Below, one piece after another: positions 40,490 to 49,666 of a DNA stretch of 64,000 nt. The first letter of the stretch is position 1. Each line of letters opens with the position of its first letter. The notes beneath the pieces were generated by a model. It saw only the letters and a list, made by a program, of their open reading frames with translations. It did no database searches and was not told the DNA's origin. Location of the stretch: NCBI GenBank assembly GCA_016839585.1, contig JAEOTZ010000017.1:1-64000 (forward strand). Direction: 5' to 3'. A program made the translations under genes and the position numbers. This DNA comes from Promethearchaeota archaeon (GTDB taxonomy: Archaea > Asgardarchaeota > Lokiarchaeia > Sigyniarchaeales > SOKP01).

Positions 40490-41593
40490 CTATTCTTCTC
40501 TGAGTGTTTTCCTTGATCCTTCTGATATTGTGATATCGATATCATCTTCTTCTATTTTAAAAGGTTTAATGGGTTTTGAATCGTCAATTGGATTATTACA
40601 AGACCAACACATGTTTTCTAATTGAGTTAGAATTTGAGCGCAATTATCGCAATAAAATGATTTACACTTAGGACAAATAAAAACATCAATGAATCCCTTT
40701 AATTTTTTTTTACAAACTAAACAGATTGTTTGTTTTCGATATAACTCAATCTCTTTTATGGATATATCAGAGGGTCTAGAATAAGATAACACCTCGGATA
40801 ATGAAGTTGTTAGGATATCCCTCTCAATTTCATCATCATGAATATCTTCTTCTGGCTGGGTTGTAACTTCTTCTTTTTTTACTCCCAAAACAAAAAAAAG
40901 TCCACTAGCGACCATTCCATATCTAACAATAATTAAAATGATTGTTGGCAGGAAAAATAAAATATCCACAGTTCCAAATCCTAATAAAAGAATGAAACAG
41001 ATAGTTAAATTCGCGAATTTTTCTCTTAAGAGACCTGTTGATTTAACAGATCCATAAAAAAATCTAACAACATAGAATAGTGTTGCTGTTGCAAAAAAGA
41101 TAATAAGTAAAATAGAAGCAGGAGAACCCATAATTAAAACATTATCAATTAAATTTTCTCCTGAATTTGAAGGCATCTTATAATCTACAGTACCAAATGG
41201 GTCTAATAAAAGAAATAAATCAAAGATTATCGCTAAAATAATATAAATAAATAATATTGAATTTTTAAATTCTTTTTTAACACCTGGTATCAAAAATTCA
41301 ATACCAAGATATATCCCAAATGAGAGAGTTGGAGCAAACCATATGAATGTTAAAATACCATGAATTCCAGAGGCATTATTCAAATTTTTGCCAGTAAAGA
41401 GGATTGTGAAAAAATCTAAAACTATACCAGTGAAAAACATACTTATGAATATGATTAGTAATCCAAAATACAATAAAATATCAGATTTTGATTTTTTATA
41501 TCTATACAGACTAAAGGAACCCCAAAGAAAACCAGTGATATACCAAATAATCGCAGTTATTCCATTAAATAGTCCAATAGGAGTTAGAGTTAT
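40490..41593 (-). CDS. 7TM-C4C4 RING-like protein (paralog 2); probable ATA start at 41593
   Basis: Frame is open 40 codons upstream of the track start (41473) and encodes TM1 homologous to paralog 3; CLVC-x12-CPKC-x4-CDNC-x10-CWSC. Confidence 0.78.
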   Translation of the reverse strand: MTLTPIGLFNGITAIIWYITGFLWGSFSLYRYKKSKSDILLYFGLLIIFISMFFTGIVLDFFTILFTGKNLNNASGIHGILTFIWFAPTLSFGIYLGIEFLIPGVKKEFKNSILFIYIILAIIFDLFLLLDPFGTVDYKMPSNSGENLIDNVLIMGSPASILLIIFFATATLFYVVRFFYGSVKSTGLLREKFANLTICFILLLGFGTVDILFFLPTIILIIVRYGMVASGLFFVLGVKKEEVTTQPEEDIHDDEIERDILTTSLSEVLSYSRPSDISIKEIELYRKQTICLVCKKKLKGFIDVFICPKCKSFYCDNCAQILTQLENMCWSCNNPIDDSKPIKPFKIEEDDIDITISEGSRKTLREE

Positions 41594-41791
41594 ATGCTAC
41601 ACCTTTTATAGTATATAGATTTCAATATATTTAAGCTTGATATTTAATAACAAAATATAAATTTGTAAAAGATTACATAATAAATTTTGCTCAATTTCCT
41701 TAAAAATTTTTTCACTTTAAGGCAAGGCTAAATGTAATATTACTTTTTTTTAGCATCTTAAAAAAAGCTTTTAATTATTTTTAATTATATT

Positions 41792-42841
41792 TCAAGATAT
41801 ATCATTATTTTGCTTAACAGGTTTTGATTCATCAATTTGCTCCTCACATATCCAACACTTATTACTCATTTCTATCATCTTTTCCGTGCATTTTTCACAA
41901 TATAATGCTTCACATTGAGGACATAAGAAAATTTTAATGAAGCCCTGAATTTCTCTTTCACAGATTAGACATTTTGTTTGTTCTCGAAATGCTAAGATTT
42001 GTTCTTGTGATATCTCTTTAGATTTAGTCTCAGATAAAATATCTATAAGAGAAGGTTCTTCAGATCTAAATTTTTTAATGGAAGGCAATTTCATGCCTTT
42101 TACAGATTCTTCTTTTAAGCTAAAATAAAAGATAAATCCCCCAATAATCATAAGAACTCTTATTATAATTATTGATGTACCTTTAGGTAAATTAAAGAAA
42201 TCTAAAGGGAAAATAACTACGTCTAAAGAACCAGAACCAAAAAATACTATGAAAGTGATTAATAATAATATGAGTTTCTTTCTTAATATTCCTGAGGATT
42301 TAATACCACTATATAAAAATGAAAGACTAAATACTATAATCCCCGGAAATAAAGAAATTCCGAGCATATAAAATGGAGGAGTCCAAAAAACTAAGATATT
42401 ATCAATTAAGTCTTGACCGGGTTCTGAGGGGCTTTTATAAATAATCGAACTTGAATGAGTTAAAAATAACAGAATTTCGTATATTATACTTATTATCGAA
42501 AAATAAATTAATATTAAATACTTCAACCATACTTTAAAGTTCATAGCAATAAGTTCATTAAATATATAGGTACCAATAATTATTAAAGGACCAAACCAGA
42601 AAAATGTAAGAATACCATGTATATTTGTATCTAAGTTGCTCTCTGTAAAAAGAACTAATAAAGAATCTAAAACCAAACCTGAATATAATAAGCTTATAAA
42701 TAATATAGCCAAACCCATAGAAAATAAAACATTTGATTTTGATTTCCTTGCCTTAATTAAACTATATGTCCCCCATATTAAACCAAGGGTAAACCATATA
42801 ATAATGGTTAAAGCACTTATTACTCCAATAGGAGAAGGCAT
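41792..42841 (-). CDS. 7TM-C4C4 RING-like protein (paralog 3)
   Basis: Seven TM helices; CLIC-x12-CPQC-x4-CEKC-x10-CWIC. Confidence 0.8.
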   Translation of the reverse strand: MPSPIGVISALTIIIWFTLGLIWGTYSLIKARKSKSNVLFSMGLAILFISLLYSGLVLDSLLVLFTESNLDTNIHGILTFFWFGPLIIIGTYIFNELIAMNFKVWLKYLILIYFSIISIIYEILLFLTHSSSIIYKSPSEPGQDLIDNILVFWTPPFYMLGISLFPGIIVFSLSFLYSGIKSSGILRKKLILLLITFIVFFGSGSLDVVIFPLDFFNLPKGTSIIIIRVLMIIGGFIFYFSLKEESVKGMKLPSIKKFRSEEPSLIDILSETKSKEISQEQILAFREQTKCLICEREIQGFIKIFLCPQCEALYCEKCTEKMIEMSNKCWICEEQIDESKPVKQNNDIS

Positions 42842-42896
42842 TTGTAAAAAATATGATTTAATTCTAAATTCTTTTACCTTAAATCTGAATACAAAA

Positions 42897-43472
42897 TTAA
42901 TATATTTTGAAAATTATATCATTTAAATCTCTTTTAGGTACATGTATGGTACCTTCTTCATCCTTCCAATAGTTAAAGGAGTCTTTATAAGGTTCAATGA
43001 TAGCGACCTCATCTGGATATCCTAAGCTTATAACATGCTTTATATCATAATAGTCAGGAATCTCAAATAATTCTCGAATCTTTTTTGCATTAATATTTCC
43101 CATCCAACAACAACCTATGCCAAATTGTACTGCACCAAGTAAAATATTTTCAACTGCTGCTCCAACATCAAAATCAACATAAGTTCTTTTTATTTCAGTA
43201 TTTACGAGAACAATTATATAAGCTGTAGGTTCTCTTCCCTTTTCCGGAGTTCTTTCATCTTTTGGAAGAAGTGCTGCCCAATTTACTAATGGAAATAATT
43301 TTTGGCGAATATCCTCTTTTTGAATAATAATAAATTCAAGAGCTTGCCGATTAGTTGCCATTGGAGCAACACGAGCAAAATCTATCAATTTTTTTAATAT
43401 ATCTAAAGGGATCGGATCTTGCTTAAATCTTCTTATTGTTCTTCTTTTAAATATAATTTCTTCTAATTCCAT
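42897..43472 (-). CDS. Nitroreductase family protein
   Basis: RRTIRRF...AP.A.NRQ, DVGAAVENI.L.A...GIGCCW, LGYP. Confidence 0.92.
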   Translation of the reverse strand: MELEEIIFKRRTIRRFKQDPIPLDILKKLIDFARVAPMATNRQALEFIIIQKEDIRQKLFPLVNWAALLPKDERTPEKGREPTAYIIVLVNTEIKRTYVDFDVGAAVENILLGAVQFGIGCCWMGNINAKKIRELFEIPDYYDIKHVISLGYPDEVAIIEPYKDSFNYWKDEEGTIHVPKRDLNDIIFKIY

Positions 43473-43492
43473 TATCCTTACTCAAATTTATA

Positions 43493-43825
43493 TTATTTTT
43501 TAGAATTAATTAATGCTTCTGCTATTTTATGAAAACTTAATTCTACATTTTTTCCAGTTAAAGCAGAAGTTTCTATATAATCGAGGTTAAGTTCTTTTGC
43601 AATTTTGATTACTTCTTTTTCCCCAAGTAGTCTACTTTCCGATAGATCTACCTTGTTTCCTAAAATAAAGCCTATTATCTTAGTATTGGATATTATATAT
43701 TTTTTTATGTCCTCATACCATTTTGGTATACTTTCAAAGGATTTACGATTTGTTAAATCAAATATTAAAATAACTGCTTCTGTTCCTTTATAAAAATGTT
43801 TTCTCATTGTTTCGAACTTGGATTG
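43493..43825 (-). pseudogene. 5'-truncated Rab-like GTPase (G4/G5 half only)
   Basis: Homology begins at QSKFETMRKHFY, the Q of WDIAGQ; GNKVD and ETSA present; P-loop absent; in-frame TGA just upstream. Confidence 0.8.
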
Positions 43826-44126
43826 AAAGTATTTTTTTTTTCATTACTATTCCAAATATGCAATACAAAATTTATACTTTTTTTGTTAAAAATGTGACAA
43901 TTGAAAAAAAGAAGTCATAATTTCAAAAATTCCCATAAAGTCTATAGAAGGAGTTACAAAGGGCGAAATCCAACACAAGACAAAAATACATTGAGATATG
44001 GAATTCTCTTTAGACTAATAAATAAAATAATAAAGATTTGATAATTAAAACTTAACAGAGTGGAAAATTTATCTGTCTGTTATATTATTTAAAATTTAAA
44101 TCAAAAATTCAATAAATTTAATTCCT

Positions 44127-44291
44127 TTATCTTACTACTACGCTTTTTAGCTCCTGAACATCCTCAGTAAGTTGATAAAGAATACATTCAGATGGATTAC
44201 CCCATTGTTTATCTTTACATTTAACAGCCCCATAAAAGCTACAACCTTCTCTATATTGACAATGATCAAGCTTAGTTTTTATATTTACCAT
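44127..44291 (-). CDS. Small Cys-rich protein, 54 aa (not in track)
   Basis: Hand-translated MVNIKTKLDHCQYREGCSFYGAVKCKDKQWGNPSECILYQLTEDVQELKSVVVR*; directly downstream of 44324..44644. Confidence 0.55.
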   Translation of the reverse strand: MVNIKTKLDHCQYREGCSFYGAVKCKDKQWGNPSECILYQLTEDVQELKSVVVR

Positions 44292-44323
44292 TAGATTTCC
44301 GCTTTTTTTTTATTATAAAATTT

Positions 44324-44644
44324 TTATTTCTCTGGTTTTTTATAATTATCAAAATTTTGAAGGGTTCTATTAATATCATCTAATTTATGTTGAATATCAA
44401 ATGATAATTCTCGTAAAACCTCTTTCAATGCATCTATAAAAGGATTCTCTCCTTGTAAAAAACTTCTAACCACATTTCTATAATCTTGCTTTTGAGCAAT
44501 TAAAGATAAGTCTTTATCGCTTATCGTTCCCTTTTCGAGTTTTTTAGCAATCTTTCTAACTTTCCAAGTACTTAAAATATATTTGATCCCGGCTGCTGAA
44601 GTTATCCCGGTAAATATCAGGGTCAGAATTTCTAAAATAAACAT
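44324..44644 (-). CDS. Small protein with N-terminal TM and helical C-terminus
   Basis: 106-aa ORF with hydrophobic N-terminus. Confidence 0.65.
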   Translation of the reverse strand: MFILEILTLIFTGITSAAGIKYILSTWKVRKIAKKLEKGTISDKDLSLIAQKQDYRNVVRSFLQGENPFIDALKEVLRELSFDIQHKLDDINRTLQNFDNYKKPEK

Positions 44645-44993
44645 TTTCTTGCTAAAGCATTGTTCGAACTATTTTTTAAGAGAAATAAGAGTAGTGATTT
44701 TTTAATTTTTAATAAGCAGGTCTAGGAGAAACTTCTTGAAAAACCATATATCTCGATCAAGTTATGTGCTTTTTTCTTGAAAAAATGATTTCAAAGAGGA
44801 TTGTCATGAACCTTTCATTACAAATTAAAAAAGTACTGATAAAAGAATATATTAAAAACATAATATTAAAAAACAAAGTTAAAATGAGATTATTTTCAGG
44901 AATAAATAATCAAAATCTTCAAGAGTTCTAAAACTAAAATAATAAATATAACATAAATCTCTTTTAAAATAAATAAATCAATGAGGGTAAAAA

Positions 44994-45431
44994 ATGGGTA
45001 GTATGATAACTCTACAAGAACTAGGTCGCAGGAAAAGAATAATTGATAGAATGAATAATGGAGAACTTCCATTATTTATAGGAAACTGGGATGAAAATAA
45101 TGATAAAATCTCAGAACATCATATAAATACGAAAAGAAAAGATAGAAGACCCGAAAATATTGTTAAAATTCCAAGATGGTTTCATGATATGATATCTAAA
45201 CAACATAAGTATATAAAGCGTATATTAGCTCTTAGTAAAAAATGTTTTATAAAATGTGTTAATGAAAAAGCCATCACGTTCAATATAACATGGGGATATG
45301 ATTATGACCGGTGGAAAGTGACCATAATCGTATGTAGTAATAATCATCATCACCAACGGATGATTGCATCATTACCCAATGATCATAAATGGAAGGGAAA
45401 ATGGACATATACAGATGAAGAATTATTATAA
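44994..45431 (+). CDS. HNH endonuclease-like protein
   Basis: EHHINTKRKDRRPENIVKIPRWFH fits the HH..(D)...N.......H HNH pattern; GAGGG upstream of the ATG. Confidence 0.55.
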   Translation: MGSMITLQELGRRKRIIDRMNNGELPLFIGNWDENNDKISEHHINTKRKDRRPENIVKIPRWFHDMISKQHKYIKRILALSKKCFIKCVNEKAITFNITWGYDYDRWKVTIIVCSNNHHHQRMIASLPNDHKWKGKWTYTDEELL

Positions 45432-45508
45432 TTATTTTTTTCTCAACCGTTATATAACAAAAATAAAGGTAAAAAAGAAAGTATACATAAATAAGCGAAA
45501 GGTCTTAA

Positions 45509-45733
45509 AATAGAAACGATTTTTTGAAAGTAGTAAATCGATTTGAATCTAAATATATTCCAGTTATGAAATTCCTATTAAATGAAGATTATCTTAAATA
45601 TTTAGATACTAATGAATTACAATATTTAATTGATACATTGGATATTCTTATACAGAAGACTAATGACATTAAAAAATCTCAAATATTACAAAAAGTCAAG
45701 AATAAGATAAAAAATACTTATATACAATTATAA
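45509..45733 (+). pseudogene. Probable 3' remnant of a helical protein gene
   Basis: Frame opens after TAA at 45506 with no N-terminal ATG; host-like composition; converges on the uDENN-Rab gene. Confidence 0.4.
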
Positions 45734-45745
45734 TTATTTTTGATT

Positions 45746-46789
45746 TTATCCCAATTCAGTTTCAATACATTTTTTAGCAATTTGCTTAAAGACTTCGGAT
45801 ATGTTTTCACCAGTTAATGCTGATGTTTCATAATAATCAAGGCTTAATTTTTTAGCAATATCTTCTGCCTCTTTTCTTTTTATCATTCTTTTCTTGGTTA
45901 AGTCACATTTATTTCCAATAATCATCATTGGCAAATTATGATTTAATTTTACTTCTTTTATTATATCTTTATACCATTTTGGAATATTCTTAAGAGTTTC
46001 AGGATTTGTCAAATCAAAAATTAAGAAAGCTGCCTCTGCTCCTTTGTAATAATGTTTTCTCATCATCTCAAATTTTAACTGCCCCGCGATATCCCAAAGA
46101 ATGAAATTTACCCCCTCTTTATTTATTAATACATTCTTCTCTGAAATTGAAACCCCAATGGTAGCTATATACGTTCGCCTAAAGGCATTATCAGTAAATC
46201 TTAAAATAGTTGATGTTTTTCCTACTCCGGGATCTCCACAAACGACTATTTTAAACTTATATTTTATAATCCCTTTATCCTCTACAGGCTCCTCAGGAAA
46301 TGCTTCAGATTTTAAGACAGATTGTTCTTTTATTCGGAGATCCTCTAATATATTTAAAATTTCAGCACGTAAATTATCTATTTGATTAGAAAGGATTTCT
46401 TTATTTTCTTTAATATCTTCTATTTTAATTATTTCTTGAGTAATTTTATTAAATGCAGGTTCTAAAAAGCTCAAATATTTATAAAAAATCAGATCGTCAA
46501 TTTCACTAAAAAGTAAAGTAATAGATGATTGAGCAACACCACCACGGCGAGATTTATCTTCTTTTTCTATATATTTTATTATACCTTTCGAGGTTAATGA
46601 TGGGAATGGCATAATTATTAAAGATTTAGGCATTAAACCCTGGTCTGCTGAAAGAATGGTAATTGATTTAATACTAACCGCCATCCGAAAGCTCTCAGGT
46701 AAATCAGAAGGATACCATAAAATTGGGTTTGGTCCAAGTTTTTCGTCAAATTCTGTAAATATTATTGCTTTTATTAGTTCTTTAGCCAT
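45746..46789 (-). CDS. uDENN/NPRL2-like longin domain fused to a Rab-like GTPase
   Basis: IKAIIFTEFDEKLGPNPILWYP N-terminus; GDPGVGKTS, TIGV, WDIAGQ, GNKCD, ETSA; likely start ATG 46789 (track start 46963). Confidence 0.87.
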   Translation of the reverse strand: MAKELIKAIIFTEFDEKLGPNPILWYPSDLPESFRMAVSIKSITILSADQGLMPKSLIIMPFPSLTSKGIIKYIEKEDKSRRGGVAQSSITLLFSEIDDLIFYKYLSFLEPAFNKITQEIIKIEDIKENKEILSNQIDNLRAEILNILEDLRIKEQSVLKSEAFPEEPVEDKGIIKYKFKIVVCGDPGVGKTSTILRFTDNAFRRTYIATIGVSISEKNVLINKEGVNFILWDIAGQLKFEMMRKHYYKGAEAAFLIFDLTNPETLKNIPKWYKDIIKEVKLNHNLPMMIIGNKCDLTKKRMIKRKEAEDIAKKLSLDYYETSALTGENISEVFKQIAKKCIETELG

Positions 46790-47008
46790 CGTCAGTTCAG
46801 TAAATTTATAACTTAAATAAATATTAGCACTATATATGAATAATTTATATAAATTATAATAATTTAAACATTTAATCAATTTAAATAAGCATATAAAAAA
46901 TATGAATGTGGTATTTAACATTATAGGAACTAATTCTTTATTAATTTTATAATAAATCAACAATCTTAGTTTAGTTTCACGAAGTATAACTTAGAAGTAA
47001 TCAAATAT

Positions 47009-47039
47009 TTAAATCAATAAGGAACGATTTTTTACAATT
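47009..47039 (+). repeat. 31-bp direct repeat, left copy
   Basis: TTAAATCAATAAGGAACGATTTTTTACAATT, identical to 55356-55386. Confidence 0.88.
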
Positions 47040-47140
47040 TTATACAAAAAATGAGAAGTAAGTTTTTATCCAAATACAATTCAGTCTCGCCGTCCTTAAA
47101 GACTAAATAGAAAATTTAAAAAAATTAAAAAAAAAAATAA

Positions 47141-47233
47141 TTAAATAGATTCATAATAAAGTGCTGCCATGCCTATTCCTGCTAAAAGTCCTGCTCCAAT
47201 AAATAATATTGCTGACCACTCTGAAGTAAAAAG
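47141..47233 (-). pseudogene. 3' relic of a paralog of the LRR membrane protein
   Basis: Translates LFTSEWSAILFIGAGLLAGIGMAALYYESI*, versus LFTAEWSAILFIGAGILAAVGMVALYYELS* in 48716..49666. Confidence 0.85.
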
Positions 47234-47282
47234 TCTGAAGTAAAAATAAAAATAAATAAAAAAAAAGAATTTTAAATTAGAT

Positions 47283-48443
47283 TTATTTTGGTCTTCTTCT
47301 TCTTAATATGAAGATTGCTAAGCCAATCACCGCTCCCCCACCAATAACCGAAGATGTGATAATAATTAACTCTAGAGGAAATGCGTCTCCACCTGTCGGT
47401 CCCTCTTTGTAACCAAAATTCACCAGTAACATATCGGAATATGTCACGTAAGTATCTGAAAACCCCCCAAGGTAGAGATTATCAGAGGAATCCACTGCTC
47501 CACAATAACATATTTCACGGTTATCACCACCCCACGTACGATTCCAAAGTTGTATCCCAGAATTATCATATTTCACCAAAACCATATCATCACCTCCAGC
47601 TCCAAAACTACCTGTCTCTCCTGTAAGGTAAATATTATCTGTAGAATCAATTGCAATTCCATAACTACTGTCAGATAGAGCACCACCCCACGTGCGATTC
47701 CATAGTTGCACTCCAGAACTATCGTACTTCACCAGAATTATATCCTCCTCACCTGCGCCAAAGCTGAAGGTTTCTCCCACAATGAAAATATTATTTGACG
47801 AGTCCAGTGCAATTCCAAAGCCACTGTCAGATAGGGCACCACCCCACGTGCGATTCCATAGTTGCACTCCAGAACTATCATACTTCACCAGAATTATATC
47901 CTCCTCACCTGCACCAAAGTTATTTGAAACTCCTACAAGATAAATATTATCTAATGAGTCTACTTCTACTCCCCAACCGGTATCCACATTAAGAATAGCA
48001 CTCCCTCCCCACGTACGATTCCAGAGTTGTATCCCAGAACTATCATATTTCACCAAAACCATATCAACACCTCCAGCTCCAAAACTCCCTGTCTCTCCTG
48101 TAAGATACACATTGTCTAATGAATCTACCGTCACTCCATAACTCTTGTCGTAACTACTTCCCCCCCAGGTACGATTCCAAAGTAGTGTCCCAGAATTATC
48201 ATATTTCAGCACAGCAATAGCTGAACTTCCTTGACCAAAACTATATGAATACCCCACAAAATAAATATTATCTGAAGAATCCACTGCTACACCATTGCCA
48301 TTTTCGGGGTCGTTTCCACCCCATTTACGATACCAGTTAACTCCAAAAGAATTATTTGTCGATAAAACACTAGATATTTGTAATATAAAGCTAAAGTACA
48401 TAACTAATATAACCATTGTTAAGTAAGATCTTTTATTTTTCAT
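47283..48443 (-). CDS. Secreted SBBP-type beta-propeller protein with C-terminal TM anchor
   Basis: Signal peptide, repeats of WNRTWGG...G.GVAVDS.DNIY..G...LVKYD, TM followed by RRRRPK. Confidence 0.88.
   Translation of the reverse strand: MKNKRSYLTMVILVMYFSFILQISSVLSTNNSFGVNWYRKWGGNDPENGNGVAVDSSDNIYFVGYSYSFGQGSSAIAVLKYDNSGTLLWNRTWGGSSYDKSYGVTVDSLDNVYLTGETGSFGAGGVDMVLVKYDSSGIQLWNRTWGGSAILNVDTGWGVEVDSLDNIYLVGVSNNFGAGEEDIILVKYDSSGVQLWNRTWGGALSDSGFGIALDSSNNIFIVGETFSFGAGEEDIILVKYDSSGVQLWNRTWGGALSDSSYGIAIDSTDNIYLTGETGSFGAGGDDMVLVKYDNSGIQLWNRTWGGDNREICYCGAVDSSDNLYLGGFSDTYVTYSDMLLVNFGYKEGPTGGDAFPLELIIITSSVIGGGAVIGLAIFILRRRRPK
47667..47919. repeat. Near-identical 97-bp intragenic repeat, 156-bp period
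   Basis: 47667-47763 versus 47823-47919, 3 mismatches. Confidence 0.8.
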
Positions 48444-48715
48444 TTATCACTTTCAACTTCTTTTTATATTTTTTTCTCATTTTCACTTACTCTTTTCTTG
48501 TAGATTATAATTAAATGATGAGAGATAGTACCCTTTATAATTGAGCTTCCGATAGTTCCATAGAACTTTCAATATCTTGTGATAGTTTCTTAGAAAAAGT
48601 ATAAATAGATACGAGAATGGTATAAGCATTCTATTAAATAATTAGTTATCTTCTTAGCCAAAATCTAGTTTAAATTTTTTAAAAGTAAGAGAAAAAAAAA
48701 ATAATTTAAAAAGAA

Positions 48716-49666
48716 TTAAGATAATTCATAATAAAGTGCTACCATACCCACAGCTGCTAAAATCCCTGCTCCAATAAATAATATTGCCGACCATTCTGCA
48801 GTAAAAAGCACTTCCCAGAAATCAAATTTTACTGGATCTGGATTGTAATTTGTCACTGCCAAAATAATTATCAAAGTTATAAAGCTTGCAATTCCAAAAG
48901 TTATCCCTGCCCATACTGCTAGAGCTAGTAAAATTTTCTTTCCCACTTCATTAATTTCATGGTAGGTCTGACGTCGAATGATCTTCTTTAAGCGCTTTAA
49001 TTCTTGTTTTGGGAACCATTGTTTTGGTCCAAAATGGATTTTCTTATAAGTTTCTTTCGAATAAATGTGGAAATTCTCAATAGGATTCTTTGCTATGTTA
49101 ATATGTGTCGCTGTATTAGGCAAATCTGTTATGTTGAACTCTTTTAATTGATTATTATCAAGGATTACTTTTTTCAATTTTTGAAAATTTCTAATATTTT
49201 CAATTTTTTGGACCTTATTATCACTTAGTTTTAGTATTCTTAAATTTGGAAAATATTCAATTCCCTTCATAGTTGTTATTTGATTGTGAGAAAGATCCAG
49301 CTTTCTTACACGCCAGAGATGATCAAGCCCTTGAATATCAGTAATACTGTTTATGTGTTTACCACATAATTTTAAGGATTTTGATCCCACACGATGTTGT
49401 ATTCCTTCAATTATAATATACTTTGGTTCCAAATTTTGTGCTGAAGATGGATTGGGGGTTGTAAATGTATTAGGTAGCTCTGGTTTGATATCTGTTGATT
49501 CTGTAATTCTTAGGTATATAGAAATAATTGCAGTACCGATTATCGATAGTACCATAAGTGTGAGCATCACTATAGGATTTAGAGTTAATAGCCAAACCAA
49601 TAAAAAAAGAACTAGACATTCTACATACCATATCCTTTTTGACCATGGATCAAGATTTTTGTCCAT
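48716..49666 (-). CDS. Leucine-rich repeat membrane protein (2 TM + LRR + 2 TM)
   Basis: LDLSHNQITTMKGI, LKLSDNKVQKIENI, VILDNNQL repeats between hydrophobic ends. Confidence 0.85.
   Translation of the reverse strand: MDKNLDPWSKRIWYVECLVLFLLVWLLTLNPIVMLTLMVLSIIGTAIISIYLRITESTDIKPELPNTFTTPNPSSAQNLEPKYIIIEGIQHRVGSKSLKLCGKHINSITDIQGLDHLWRVRKLDLSHNQITTMKGIEYFPNLRILKLSDNKVQKIENIRNFQKLKKVILDNNQLKEFNITDLPNTATHINIAKNPIENFHIYSKETYKKIHFGPKQWFPKQELKRLKKIIRRQTYHEINEVGKKILLALAVWAGITFGIASFITLIIILAVTNYNPDPVKFDFWEVLFTAEWSAILFIGAGILAAVGMVALYYELS

Larger units (their letters stand above)
43826..45508. mobile_element. Putative virus/MGE remnant carrying small ORFs and an HNH-like gene
   Basis: Low coding density, three small atypical ORFs, truncated genes on both sides; no integrase or terminal repeats seen. 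Confidence 0.45.

Noticed and set aside
35403-42841. 7TM proteins as rhodopsins or true GPCRs
   Set aside because: No retinal-binding Lys motif in TM7 and no DRY or NPxxY motifs; seven helices alone do not show homology.
46790-46963. N-terminal 58 aa of track ORF 45746..46963, and similar extensions at 13815, 15349, 24346, 30460 and 55306
   Set aside because: AT-rich intergenic read-through; paralog alignment, SD position or operator overlap favour the downstream ATGs.
47009-47039. The 31-bp repeat as a tRNA-derived att site
   Set aside because: No tRNA-like sequence adjoins either copy and no integrase is in the window; kept only as a direct repeat.
48551-48594. Imperfect repeat GATAGTTYCWTAGA twice, 30 bp apart, upstream of the SBBP gene
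   Set aside because: Only two short imperfect copies in AT-rich DNA; could be chance.
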